Shown here in pieces: positions 1-49,000 of a DNA stretch of 64,000 bases. Source of the DNA: Octopus bimaculoides. Lineage: Eukaryota. The stretch lies in assembly GCF_001194135.2 (NCBI RefSeq), contig NC_068981.1:172719524-172783523 (forward strand). Direction: 5' to 3'. Positions within the stretch are counted from its first letter, which is position 1. Each line of letters begins with the position of its first letter. The notes under the pieces were generated by a model that was not told the origin of the DNA, did not search any database, and saw only the letters and a list, made by a program, of their open reading frames with translations. Made by a program: the position numbers and the translations under genes.

Positions 1-69
1 TAAAGTAGTTGGATAGATGAGAAAGAAGTCACCGAGGACTATTCAACCTCGCCAGTGTTGGTACATTAA

Positions 70-260
70 GAAAATGCACCCAGTACAGTCTATAAAGTAG
101 TTAGTATTAGGAAGGGCATCCAGCCATAGAAAACAAGCCAAATGATATATACAAGCTCCTAGTCCTTAGGAGCAATTGCTCCCAATGAGAAGTAACTCAA
201 ACTGTGAGAACCCATCTAACTCATACCAACATGGAAAGCTGACATAAAATGATGATGATG
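70..260 (+). mobile_element. Diverged RTE 3'-tail copy
   Basis: gcacccagtaca...aggaagggcatccagcc...catggaaagctgacataaaatgatgatgat. Confidence 0.65.
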
Positions 261-1094
261 GTCTCACACACATTATTACTTGAATATGGAGCTCAGTTTT
301 GTTTTCAAGTGTCTCTGGGTTTTTTTTTTTAGCTTTATTACCTGTATTATTGCTCTAACTTGAGTATTTTTTTTACTGATTAAGTACTCTTGCTAAATTG
401 TTTTACAAGAAGAAACAGTTTTTATTATAAAGCTTTTATACACATGATTACAATATCTAGAATAGGCCAGGTATTTGGGAGCAAAACAAATCACAAAGGA
501 AACCAAGACACCACACAGAAATATCAACATACTCTCAGCAAAATAGGCCGTTCAACTGCCCTTAAGCCACAGTGTCAACCCTGGTGCAGGCATAGAAGTG
601 ACTGCAAACCAGGATCAGTTGGTCTTCACCTGTGATGCCCATCATACCTCATAACTGCAGTCCCCAATTATAAAAGCCTTCTCAAACCATTGTTGCTCAG
701 TGAGGTTGCATATCTATTGTCATACATAAGTTGACTTCTTATCACTTATGAAACTGATGCTAGTTGGCATCAGTTGTAATATGTATGAGTGTAATGCCTG
801 TATGTGTACATATACAGACATACATACATACATAGGTATGTATGTATGTATGTATGTATGTATGTATATGCTCAGTAACTAACAAAAAAGAAATTCTATG
901 TAGCTACCAAACCAAATTCAAATCTGATCTGCCTTAAAAAATGAAAGTACAGTTGGATAATGTAGTTCTAGGTTATAACTGTAACGTTGGTCATAAGTTT
1001 AGTCAATCGGAGCGGACTTGTAGCTAAACAACTGTAAGAGTTAACTTGCTGGAATGTCTATGAGCACCATGGGAACATGCTATCCATGTCCATG

Positions 1095-1320
1095 AGGAAA
1101 CTGGCTGTTGTATTTAATATTAGCAAAGCCTGTTACTAAGGTATGATATGTAAACCTTGGAGCCAAATGTGTTTTTGAATTAATAAATTATCTGGATCTA
1201 AAACTTTCACACTGATCAAGGGCCTGTCATCTTCCTAACATCAGTTATCTCATATTAACTCCCACTAATCCTATGACAGACTATGTAAATAACTCGACTT
1301 TATATCCTTCTTTTTTCTCC
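1095..1320 (+). mobile_element. Decayed non-LTR RT fragment
   Basis: LAVVFNISKAC (DISKAFD-like) at about 1101 and NPMTDYVNNSTLY (YADDSTL-like) at 1267-1305. Confidence 0.45.
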
Positions 1321-4110
1321 CACTTCTGTCCTGTTCACTTCCAAATTTCAAACTTTGTCAAGATGACTCTGTTTTTTTCTTTTTCAAAACTAAGAAGTTA
1401 AAAAAAGTTTAACTTATGAACAACTATAATACTCCTCAATTCCCAAATATGTTCTTTTGCAGAGCACTGTCTCTCTTATAGCTTTGCACAAGGCTTTTTA
1501 TCATTGGCTATTCCTCTCTTTAACTGAACCACTTTTAACTCACTTTGGTAGGAGGATCTCCCGGGACACTAGGTGATCTCCCTTGTCTTTAGTCAAGGAA
1601 AATGAGAAAAAAAAAATCTATTTTTATTTTATGATTTCCCTTTTAGTTGCAATCATATTTTTTCTGCTTCTGTGTTTAGTTTGGTCTGGGTTAGAGGTTT
1701 TATTTCTTTAAGGACATCTTATAATGACACAATTTAGCATAGTTTACAATAGCATATGGCTTAATCAAATCTTAAAGATGAATTTATTTTTGATCTCTTT
1801 TGTGTTGCACCAAATTTCTATTGTAGACTATAAATATGCTTCTTATGAATCACTTGCAACCTTTATTTTTATTCATGATATTAATCATTTCACTTCTTTT
1901 ATGTCACTGTTACCTTTATACACAATTTTATTTTACTTCCTCATAAATCAAAGCTTATGTAAAAAAAAAAAAAATTTTGTTGCTTCCATTTAGGTATCAA
2001 GATTTAACAGCATTTGCAATTTAATTTTTCATTTCTCCATGGGATATATATATATATATATATAACATGAACAGTGGATTTGGTAGATAAATATTTTTTA
2101 CTTGTGGATCAACAGTGCTACCAATGGCTTCATCTGGAAAGAATTTCTACAAATTTCCAAGTGTTCAGTTAAAACTGTTGGTAATCACCTCCATTTTGGA
2201 TGGGACAACTTGAGATTACACAAGATAATCCATGACATCAAAATTAATAGATGCACAGATAAGAATAAGCAACTTATTTGGAGACTTCATTAATTGTTAT
2301 TGACATTGAGCTTTTTGCAAGAATTTGTATTCAACACATAAACATCCATGTGCACCCATATATATATATATTAATCTAAGTGTACAGTATTATATATCCA
2401 TTCAGCCAATCTTACCAGTTGGTTTCACACTAAGAGTTCAATGAGGTGTTAGGTATCAGCCTGATTATGTGACCCTGTACTGCTATATTTCATTCCATAA
2501 CTGCCATCTCTGAAGAGTGCAGTGTTACTTAACATTCCATTGAATTCCTAGTGTGAAATTGGTAAAATTGGTTGTAATGGATATATAATGCTGTACACTT
2601 TGATCAATATACCCACTCTATTGACAAATATATGAGTGCATATTTTTTTTGACAGATTCTTAGATGGTACAAATATGTATACATGTACAATGTATATAAC
2701 ATGCAACACATACCTGCATTTTGTGGGTGTATATGCATTCATGTCTTGAACATAAAATAGTCATTGAAATTCTGAGTTCAAAAAATATAAGTTGCAAATC
2801 ATGTGATATCTTAAATATATGTGTTATGTATAACATGTGTGTAATCTCATATAGTCCCATCCAGAATGGTGGTAATTACCAACATTTTTAAGCTAATGTT
2901 TGAAAAACTGTGGAAATTCTTTCCACATGAAATCATTGATAGCACTGTTAATGCACACATATGAACTAAAATTAGGTATTTTCACATATTGTTGAAGTAT
3001 GTATCACTGCATTTAGTTTCTACTAACCAACCACAAAGTAATAGTTCAGAGTGAAGCAAGTAGAGGAAGTGAAGCTTGCCTGAAGCCACAGCACACATGT
3101 TGTAGCAAGGCTTCATGCCCATGTAATTAATATTTGAACACATCAGCCACTGTGCTTTTTCTTTCAACTTTTAATTCCCTCTTTCAATATATGTGATACC
3201 TTCCAAATTCTGTTTAGTTTTTCTACCATTTCTATAACTAGCAATGGTATTTCTTTCTCTAGAAACAATCTTTTAAATGACTTTACAATTATTTACATGT
3301 GAATGGGATATTCTATAATTGAGTGGTTAGAACACTGTACCCTGGTTCATTTTATTTAATGATTTATGGCTAATCAAATCATAATCAATCGCAGATTAAT
3401 TTTAAGTCTTTTTGTTACTTCTACATGCTTCAAATGCTACCCACAGTCATATGCCCAGATATTTTCTGGTTTCCTTTGCTAAGGCAGAACAATAGAAACT
3501 ATATATGTTAATTATAAGTCAAAACTAGGCTTCATTAACATTATATATAGGACTTACAAAAGTGTAATTAAAGATATATATTAAAAAAAAAAAGATTAAT
3601 AGTCAAGAATGAAATAAAAGGACTTGAGTTACTCTACCCTGAAATTTAATCCACAATGAATTCCATCTTAATACAAGTGTCTTAATGTATTTAATAAACC
3701 AAAAAAATTGTTGTGTAGCTTTGAGAGTTTTTTTTCCCCACCTAAATATTTCACATCAAGTTTCTTTGAAATAGAGATTGGATCATCACTAATTGTTGGA
3801 GTTAATATTCTGCACCTTTTAAATATATATTTATTTATGTATTTATTTTACCAATTTTTTTATTCATTTGGCTCTAACTATACCCATCAAATACTCTGTC
3901 ATTTACAGTAATGACAAGCCTGAAATTGTTCTTCTGATGGAAGATATAAACCAGATGATATAAGTATTCAAAAATTTCATAGAAACTCCAATGACCTTAA
4001 GAGACTTATTTTCATAAATAATGATTATCATCCAAGAGATTCATGTTTATGGTTTGTTTTCTTCCTGATAAGACCAGTAGGAAAGTAGTTGTTCTCATAG
4101 AGGTTCTTTT

Positions 4111-4479
4111 TATCTTTTATCTTTTACTTGTTTCTGTCATTAGACTGTGGTCATGCTGTGGCACTGCCTTGAAGGGTTTAGTTGAACAAATCAAACCCAA
4201 TATTTTTTTTTAAGCCTGGTACATATTCTATCAAACTCTTTTTGCTGAATTGATAAGTTACATGGACATAAACAAACCAACGCCAGTTGTCAAGCAGTGG
4301 TGAGAAAAATACACACACACGCATGCACATCCGTACTCACATACACAACAGGCTTCTTTCAATTTCTGTCTACCGAATCCACTCACAAGGCTTTGGTCAG
4401 CCCAAGATGCCACATAGTACTACTGAATTCAGAACCATGTGGCTGAGAAGTAAACTTCTTATCACACAGCCACACCTCC
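4111..4479 (-). mobile_element. tRNA-derived SINE, family A, full length
   Basis: Reverse complement of 16739-17096: tRNA-like head, ccaaagccttgtgagtggatttggtaga core, (CA)n, gaaacaagtaaaagataaaag tail. Confidence 0.8.
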
Positions 4480-6229
4480 AAATTGTTCTTTGAAAGTTTA
4501 TTGTTAACAATAAAGAACAGAGCTATTTATATTACTGCAATTACTGAAAATTATATTTAAGCAGTATAAATCAATGGAAAGAAAAAAGTCTGGAAATGTT
4601 TTCCCAATACTCGAACTATATGGTTAATACTAGACATGCTAATCATTATTCTAAGAGGACATTACTATTTGGCCCTTTTCCGTTGAAATCCTTTTATTTT
4701 ATTTTTTTCTATCTATATTAGCATTGTTTACATACATCTTAAATTGAAAATGTCAAGCTCTATTCTGTAAAGTTCCTATAATATAGTTTACAGTTTGGTT
4801 CACATAACTTAAGGATTTGTCAAATTTACAATACTAACCTTTAATACGCTTGGAGTATTTGGAAGAAAATTAACTTAAGGAGTACACAAGTTCAGATAGT
4901 TTAGTTTAGGATATTATCATAGGAAAATAGTGTTCATCAGTGAGCAGCAGCTAGTCTACAAAAGCTTTTTTTTATCAATACATTGCTTCCCTCCTTACTA
5001 AGAAGCCACTGTAAACAATCCAGAGAAACTAGGGAACATTTGGATATAAGTAATTAGACTAAATAAAGTATCAGACTGTTAAAAGTAGAATCACCAACTT
5101 TAAATCCTCTAAATCTTACATTTATCAGTAGTCTGATATTAATTTATCTTACTCTGTTTAAAAGTAAACTTGCACAAAGATTATTGAATTTGTTCAGCAG
5201 AAATCCAAACTTATATTGAAACTTTTTGCCTAGCATAAATCTATTTGGTTATATTCATAGCAAGAGCTTAAGATTATTCCATTAAGATAGCATACAGAAC
5301 AAAAGTTATTTGTATAAGGATCTATTAATCATCCATAAAATGATGATCTACTGAAATGTTATAACTTTGAAATAATTAATGCCAGTGCATTCACACTTTA
5401 TCCAACAAATGCTGTCAAAGAAAATTATATAAAATAATTCCTAATAGTTATTATGATTTAGTAGAAATACAGTCATATTTTTTTAGCAGCTGGGATTTGG
5501 AGCATAGATTAAAACTGTCATGCAATACTATTGAAAACTCCTCATTAATTCTTCAGCAAATTTTCTATTAGTTTATAATTTGATTCATGCCTATCAATAT
5601 AAACTTGCAAAATTTTTGGATTTTTTTTTTTTTTTAACAGGGAGGGTAAGGAAATCTAACTGTAGCACAACTGTCTTTTACATACAAGCTCATGTACACC
5701 TCCCCATACAGACAGCTTGTGTATATTTTTTCATAAACTTTATGAATATCCTGCCATTTCATCTTTTAAAAAATATTTACAACAGATGATTGGAGAGTTA
5801 TCTATCTGAAAGTAAATATTTGTTTTTTAACGTGACTATTCTTGGCAGTTGATATTTATACTGAGATTTATTTGATAAAATGGTCATAGCTTAGGAGAGT
5901 AAGTAGGATTGTGATTTTGGTTATATTATGCTTGAAAGTTTAAGCCTCCAACCTTAATATACTATTAGTAATACAGTATATAAGACGGCTGAGCAAGTCA
6001 AACAACTATAGAATTCTAAATATTTGTTAACAGAAGCATTTAAAAGAAAAATCATTATCTTTGGTGTGTAAGGTATTGCTTATTTTCTGTTATAGCTCTT
6101 TTGAAGCAAAATAAAAGGGAGTGAAATGAGGGTTGTTATTTAAGTATAGAGGCAAATGAAGAATTGAAATATTTACTGGAGTTATGAGTTCAGTTGACTC
6201 CAAGTGCATCGTTAGGTTCTTGGAAAGAA

Positions 6230-6722
6230 CACTTTATTCTACATTACTTTGGTTGTTGAAAGTATGTGGAAACATATGTTGGTATTCTTTAACAATACAT
6301 AGAGTTTCAATTTCTGTATACTCCAGTCATACTCTATCTGTTTTCTAGAAACCAAAAATCTTGTGGCACCTTTTTTAATCTCTTTTTATGTGAGGATACT
6401 TAAATTTCTCATGACCATTATTACATTTTTCAACATGACAAACATTTGTTTATCTACTGGTAGCATATCATGAAGGTAGAAAAACTCTGACTACCACTAA
6501 CTATAAATATGATGGTGCAATTGTTTAAAACCAAATCTAACACTATTTGCTAGCTCCCTAAGGACCATCTCATTGTGAAGAGTAAGTAAATCGATAGCTT
6601 CACTGCAGAGAATACAGTGTGAGAGTATGAAAGAGGGAAAAGTAAATATATGCCCTTTACAGTTACATTTCAAGAGAGTGTCTGATGAAGGGCCTATGGT
6701 TAGAAGGTTAGCATGTGACATT
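6230..6722 (+). mobile_element. Highly decayed PLE 3' end (GIY-YIG tail followed by a hammerhead remnant)
   Basis: TLYSTLLWLLK and SCGTFFNLFLCEDT*I resemble the PLE C-terminal CxLCLxEK motif. They are followed by AGTGT-CTGATGA-A-GGGCCT...ACATT at 6677-6722. Confidence 0.35.
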
Positions 6723-7532
6723 AGAATTTGTTTTAAATATTTGCACCTTCATTATAGATGAAGGTTTGGAAGACTGTTTCTATCTTTATAACATGATTTT
6801 GATAAATAAAAGTGGGAATTTACTCAAAATTACTAATATGTAGCCTCTTTTAATCTAACAAAATGGATAACCCATCATGGGTCTGAAACCAAGGATGCTG
6901 GAAAATTGATGTTCTGTGTATAGCTTAGCTTTGATTTCACTATATTTGTTTCATGCCCATATGCTCTTACATATATGATTCACAAAATATACAGTATCCT
7001 AAATGTTTATTGAGAACCTAAATTTCATGTTCCATCATAGATGAGACAAGACAACCTGATTATTGAAATGGGTAGTGATAGTAGCTGAGCCAAGCTTAAT
7101 TAAGTATCTTCCCTGGAACATGAAACTTAAGTCATTGCCAATGAACATTTAAGATTCTGATTATGAAATATTCATAACTCTCAAATGTATTAGGTGCTTT
7201 AATTTGCTGTGCCTATCAACAAATGAACAGTGAGCGTGTAATTTTTTTTAATGAATATGTGGCCTTTTCTAAATAGGTTTATCTTTTTACATAATCAGAA
7301 GTGGAACTTTATCTTATGAGACTAAAAGGAAAAGCTATGCCATTCCAAATGGGTTTATGTGTGCTTGTATATGTATGTGAACCCTGCTCATAGACACAGA
7401 ATTACACAATGATATTTTAAAGCACATATTTGTTCATGATTTTTAGTTTTAAACTTGATAGCTATGCATGTATTTTTTGGCATTAACACTTCAGTTGACA
7501 GTTATTTCTGAAATAATTATGCTTTTGCATGC

Positions 7533-7573
<41 letters not shown>

Positions 7574-8390
7574 GTCATTCATTGATTCATATTTAAAATA
7601 AGCTTTTCTTTGTGTATTCAGTAAATACTGTGAGGAGTGATAATCACCAACATATAACAAGAAAAAGAATACAGAAATGCTACAAAATCTTTTGATATTT
7701 CATAATAGATTATTAAGTAATAATGTGAATTAAACAGTTTTTATGTATTCTTAAGTAACTAAAATGACTTCAATGATGCAAGGATATATAGCATTTCAGA
7801 AACATAACACGCTAACATTTCCATGATTCACCTTGAAAATATATATTTGTTAAAAATAGAATTAAGAAAATAAAGAATAAAAGATGTTAATTAGTTTTGA
7901 GAAAGTAAATGATTTTGATGTTCACAATATAAATATATTCTACCAAAGCATGATGAATTTTTTTTTTTTTTTGGTCTTCCTTTTAATTTTAAAATATATT
8001 TGTTATTCATAATAATTATGGTTTTAATCATTTAATATCACTACTGTTTAGTTTTTTTAAGTACTAAAATATTAATTTTTGCTTATTCTGTTGAAAACTG
8101 TTTTAGAATGTTTGATATTTTTATCAAAAGACTCATAAATAATGAATTATTCTTTTATTTATGAATTAATAAGAAATATTCTTTTAAAGCTTTGATTATT
8201 CAAGTGTTCTTGTATAAAGTATCTAGTATTTCAAACTGATTTAAAAAACTTAAGACATTTTGCATGTAATAATATTTTATCAAATCTTCTTATAATTTTA
8301 TTGATAATAAATAGGTGTTGTGCTTATACCATCCGTAACAAATATTGTCAATTGTGTTTAACTTTTTTTCTCCATTTTTATCTTTTATAG

Positions 8391-44148
<35,758 letters not shown>

Positions 44149-44574
44149 AAAAAATAAGGGACAGCGGGGAAATTTTCTCCAGAGGAGCCACTACAGTAGA
44201 CATAGCTCTGACTGCTGCTATGACAATTGCTGCTGCCACCGCTGCTGCTACTGTTGTTGTCCCCACCCTACTGCCTGCTGCCACCACTGCTGCTACTGCT
44301 GTAATCAGTCAAAATTCTGCCTAATGAGTAACAGGAACTGGAATATGGTTAATGTGAAATATAACAGGAATGAAAAAATTTTAATAACAATGATAATACT
44401 GATAAAAAACAACACAGGTGTGTTAAAAAAAAAATATGTGTTCTATAAGTACTACCAGGTTTATGATGAACTCTACAGGAATATGATGAAAGCAAATCCC
44501 TATACAACCTATAAGATTGCAGCTGACTCTATTAGTTGCAGATTTATGAGGAGAAAAATTCTCTAGTATAGTAG

Positions 44575-44593
44575 AGAAATATATGTGTGTGTA

Positions 44594-44625
<32 letters not shown>

Positions 44626-44997
44626 CACACACCCACACACATATACACACAATATATTTACACGTACACATGTATCTAATATGTACACACGCATTTATAT
44701 ATGCACACATACATTCACACACATAAAAATATGTATAATTTATATGTAAGTATAAATATAAATTATATACTATATATAACGCATATATGTGTTTGTGCAT
44801 ATGTATATTGTGTGTGTGTAAATATATACAGATATATATAATTAATATATTTATATACATAATATGTATTTGTTGATTTGTTTTTCCATGTTAGTGGAGA
44901 TTATATATATATATGATGATGATGATACATACATACATACATACATACATACACATATGCAAGCATGTATGTATACATGTGTGTGCGTGTGTGTGTT

Positions 44998-45090
<93 letters not shown>

Positions 45091-45124
45091 GTATTTATAA
45101 CCACATACATATATATATCGTGTG

Positions 45125-45165
<41 letters not shown>

Positions 45166-45250
45166 TTATATACTTGTATATAATTTATAATATATGTATA
45201 TAATTTATATTAATATAAATTTTTATGCATACTTACGTACATGTGCAGTA

Positions 45251-45317
<67 letters not shown>

Positions 45318-45407
45318 NNNNNNNNNNNNNNNNNNNNNNNNNATATATATATATATATATATATAACTTACATTTATATACGTATGTATGTATATACTTA
45401 ATATGCT

Positions 45408-45454
<47 letters not shown>

Positions 45455-45853
45455 GACATATATATATATATATATAATGTATAGATACACGCATATAAAT
45501 TAGCTATATGATACATGTTATGTATCATATATAGATACATGTATATATATTTTATATATATGTATATATATTTCATATATATATATATTTATATAAACAT
45601 ATACATGTGTGCACAAGTGCACACACATACACATATTAGTATATCTGTGTTGCTTTATTTTTTAGTCATCTTATAGTTTCTTTGTCTTGTCTTTAACATC
45701 CTATCCATTCTCCTGTAACTCACCTTTGTCCTGTCCTTCATCTTTTCTACACTTAACACCAGGTGCAGTGCGCCAACCTTCCTCGAATATTAGATGGACA
45801 GCTAAACAGATAAAGACTGCCCTCACAGAGATAGCAGCAGCGGTTAATAATCA

Positions 45854-45887
<34 letters not shown>

Positions 45888-45919
45888 ATATATATATATA
45901 TATATATATNNNNNNNNNN

Positions 45920-45983
<64 letters not shown>

Positions 45984-46022
45984 TCTATATATATGTATAT
46001 ATACATATATAGATATATATAT
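44575..46022. repeat. Compound (TA)n/(CA)n/(TACA)n/(CT)n microsatellite block with two small N-gaps
   Basis: Directly visible. It is the source of many spurious YIYI/THTH ORFs. Confidence 0.95.
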
Positions 46023-49000
46023 CTGCCTCTTAAGCAGAATACTACAAGTCCAATATAGCTCCTCCTTCATTGACATTGCAGCATTTGTTCTTCAACTTTG
46101 TTTACATTGTCCATCTCTGACACTGCATATTATTTTGTCTTCTATTTACTATTACATTACTATTATTAAAGTGTTTAAAAAAAGACGATGATGATGATGA
46201 TCATAGTTATTTTAGTAACAAGTGAGAAAGATTGCTAGGCCATAAGCCAATGAGTTTTAATAACTGATGACTATAATTCTCTGGTCTGTAAATGAATGAA
46301 CACAAAAAGTTTATTTACAGTCTAACTAGTAGTTTTAGCTGGGCTTTATTTATTTATTTTTATTTATTTTTTTTTCTCTCTTCCAATATTCCTCCCTTTA
46401 AAATGATTCAAAAATGAAAATAAAAAATGGTTTGCTCTAAGTCAGGATTACAAATTGTATTTAAAAAAAAAAAGAAAAGAAAGAAAAGTAAAAAAAAAAA
46501 AAAGAAATATTTTTCTGGTAAAAGAAGAAAAAGAAAGTTTTACACTTCAGATTGGATGATGGTGATGATGGTGCTATGTTCCTTAGCTGCTACACTCAAC
46601 TGAAAACTAAAATAATGAACAATAAAAATAATATATTGTTTAGTCCCTCTTATGCAGATTTCCTCAAAGTTTTTTTTTTTTTTCATGAAATTATATTGTT
46701 GTGTTTTTTTTTTTTTACCTTTCTTTTGTCTTATTCTGCCCTCCCCCAATTATGTTTGAAATATTTTCTTGTTTATTTCTTGCATTATCAAACAAAACAG
46801 TTAATATAAATAATAATCCTTTTGTTGAACATCCCTGTTCTCTTTCCCTGCCCTGTCCCCATCTTGTTGTTTGTTAATCAGGCATGGTTGCTGGCTATTT
46901 ATTTAAAACATCTAGTTTTTTTTTCTTTTTTGTTTTTTTTCAACTCCTTGTAAAAAAATTTGCTCCTGTCAGCATTTTGCCTTACTCGTTGAAGATGTAT
47001 TTTTGTGTGCAGAGAGTGCTTAAAGTGCAACTTTTTTCTCTCCCCTGTGAACGATCTAGTATCATGGTATCCTTCTCTTTTGCTTGTTCAGTCAACATAA
47101 ATTTATTTATAATGTTGCTATTATATTCTATTCAACCACTCTTTCAGATATTTTGGTTCTTGAAAGAGTGATTTTCATTTAACATTTTGAAAAGAAAAAA
47201 ATCAAAGTTTTGTAATTAGTTTTTGATTTTGCCTCCCATTTTTTTAGGAATGACCTAAGTCAATCAGATGTTTTTATTTTTTTAAGGTTTCATTCAAAAT
47301 TCCATTTGTTTTCCTCAAAATTTCAAACTTCTAAGAATTATCTGAACATTTCATTTCCATAAATGTGATGTTTTGATGATATTTTTAAAATTTATTTATT
47401 GAAATATTTGTATAGTGTGGAATAATTTAGCTTCATTTCTAAAACCTTTTATGTGCATATCATTCTTCTACTAAATCTTAGACATTTGAATTTGTATTTC
47501 TCATTTGAAGCTCTTTGTAAACTTTATTTCATTTAGAGCTTTTCATATTGGATATTTTGTTTCATTTTCTTCTTAGTACTATAGATGAATTTGACTCCTT
47601 GTGCAAGCAGTTAAGGAGAAAAACAAAACAACTTTTTAAGTTACTGAAATTTGATTATTACTAAGTCCAAATCCATGAGACTGCACAAACTTCAAAGAAA
47701 AAAAGTAACATTTTTTGAAAATGTATATGAAGTACAAGCTATTAACTGGAGCCTTCACTCAGATTTTGTTAAAATATTCTGTTGAAAGGTGTGTAATATG
47801 GACTGAAAAGACTGGTGCTACTTACTCATGATTTGAGTACAGTGAGAGAAGTTTAGAATTCAATAAGCTTCATACAAACTATTTAGCAGTGCAAATAGTG
47901 ATTTTAGTTTCTTTTACAGAAAAATCATCTATTGGTTCTTGGCATAATAAAACTGCTAAGATCTATATTAATGTTTCTGCTACAACTTTAGAATTCTCAT
48001 AGCTAGTTGTTAATATTTTGTTTACTTAAATCCTCTATTTTTTAATCATTTGTGAAAAAGAAAATTCCAAAAATTTTGGAGAAGCTTACCTGTTGGTTTC
48101 AGTGTCTGAAGTATTGGAAAATCTCCATTATTCTTGCCAAAGTGCACACTAGAATTTTGAAGTAAAAGTAGTTTGATGTTAGAATTTGTAATTTTAACCA
48201 ACTTGATGCAGTATTTTGCTTTGTAATTGCTGTCTCTTCTATAATAGAAAAATGATTCTATTTAAGAATTTAATATTTTAATAATAATAATAAATTAATT
48301 TTAAAAGCTTTTTACTAAAAGTTTTTTCTAATCATTTTATAATGTAGTTAATATTTAAGAACAAAAAACAATAGAATAGAAAAGTTAAACACATTTTTGC
48401 TTGTTAATTTAGAATTTGTTACATCATTTAAAAACTAACAATTGAGTCTTTAGTTTCTTTGAATCAGTTCACTATTCAATTTAGATGGACAATTTTAGTT
48501 TTTGATACCCTCATAATATAATTTTCAATATATTGAATCAGAAAAAGGAGCTCTAAGTGTACACATAAAAATTTACTATTTTGTACAGTTTATATTGTGT
48601 GAACTATGCTTTCATGAGAATTTCCAAATCAAAAACTGATTCTTATCCAAATATTTATTCTTCATGAAATCTATGGATGACTCTTCAGTCTGACTATACA
48701 ATGCTAAAGATGGTACTTTATATTCACATGCAAAAACTATTGTTGGATACCTTTAGTAGCAGCATAAATTTGAGAGAGAAATAATAATTCTCATTGGGAG
48801 ACACTTCATGAAGAGTGCAAATCTAAGGAGCCACACTTTTTGTAACAAAACTGGATTCAACTAGACAACTTAAATGTTGTTGTAACAGTGAAATCAGATG
48901 TATTCATACATGCATACAGCTATGCATGAACACATTCACTTAAACTTTCTTCAGTTTAAAGTTGAGACCTAATAGCTGGTGTTACCAATTTTCATTTGCT

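Noticed and set aside
1-8390. Upstream C3G coding exons
   Set aside because: No open segment with suitable splice sites and C3G N-terminal similarity was found. They are probably outside the window, but small exons could have been missed.
44423-46191. Many YIYI/THTH/CVCV ORFs (also 19465, 24812, 31072-31675, 43627)
   Set aside because: They are translations of microsatellites.
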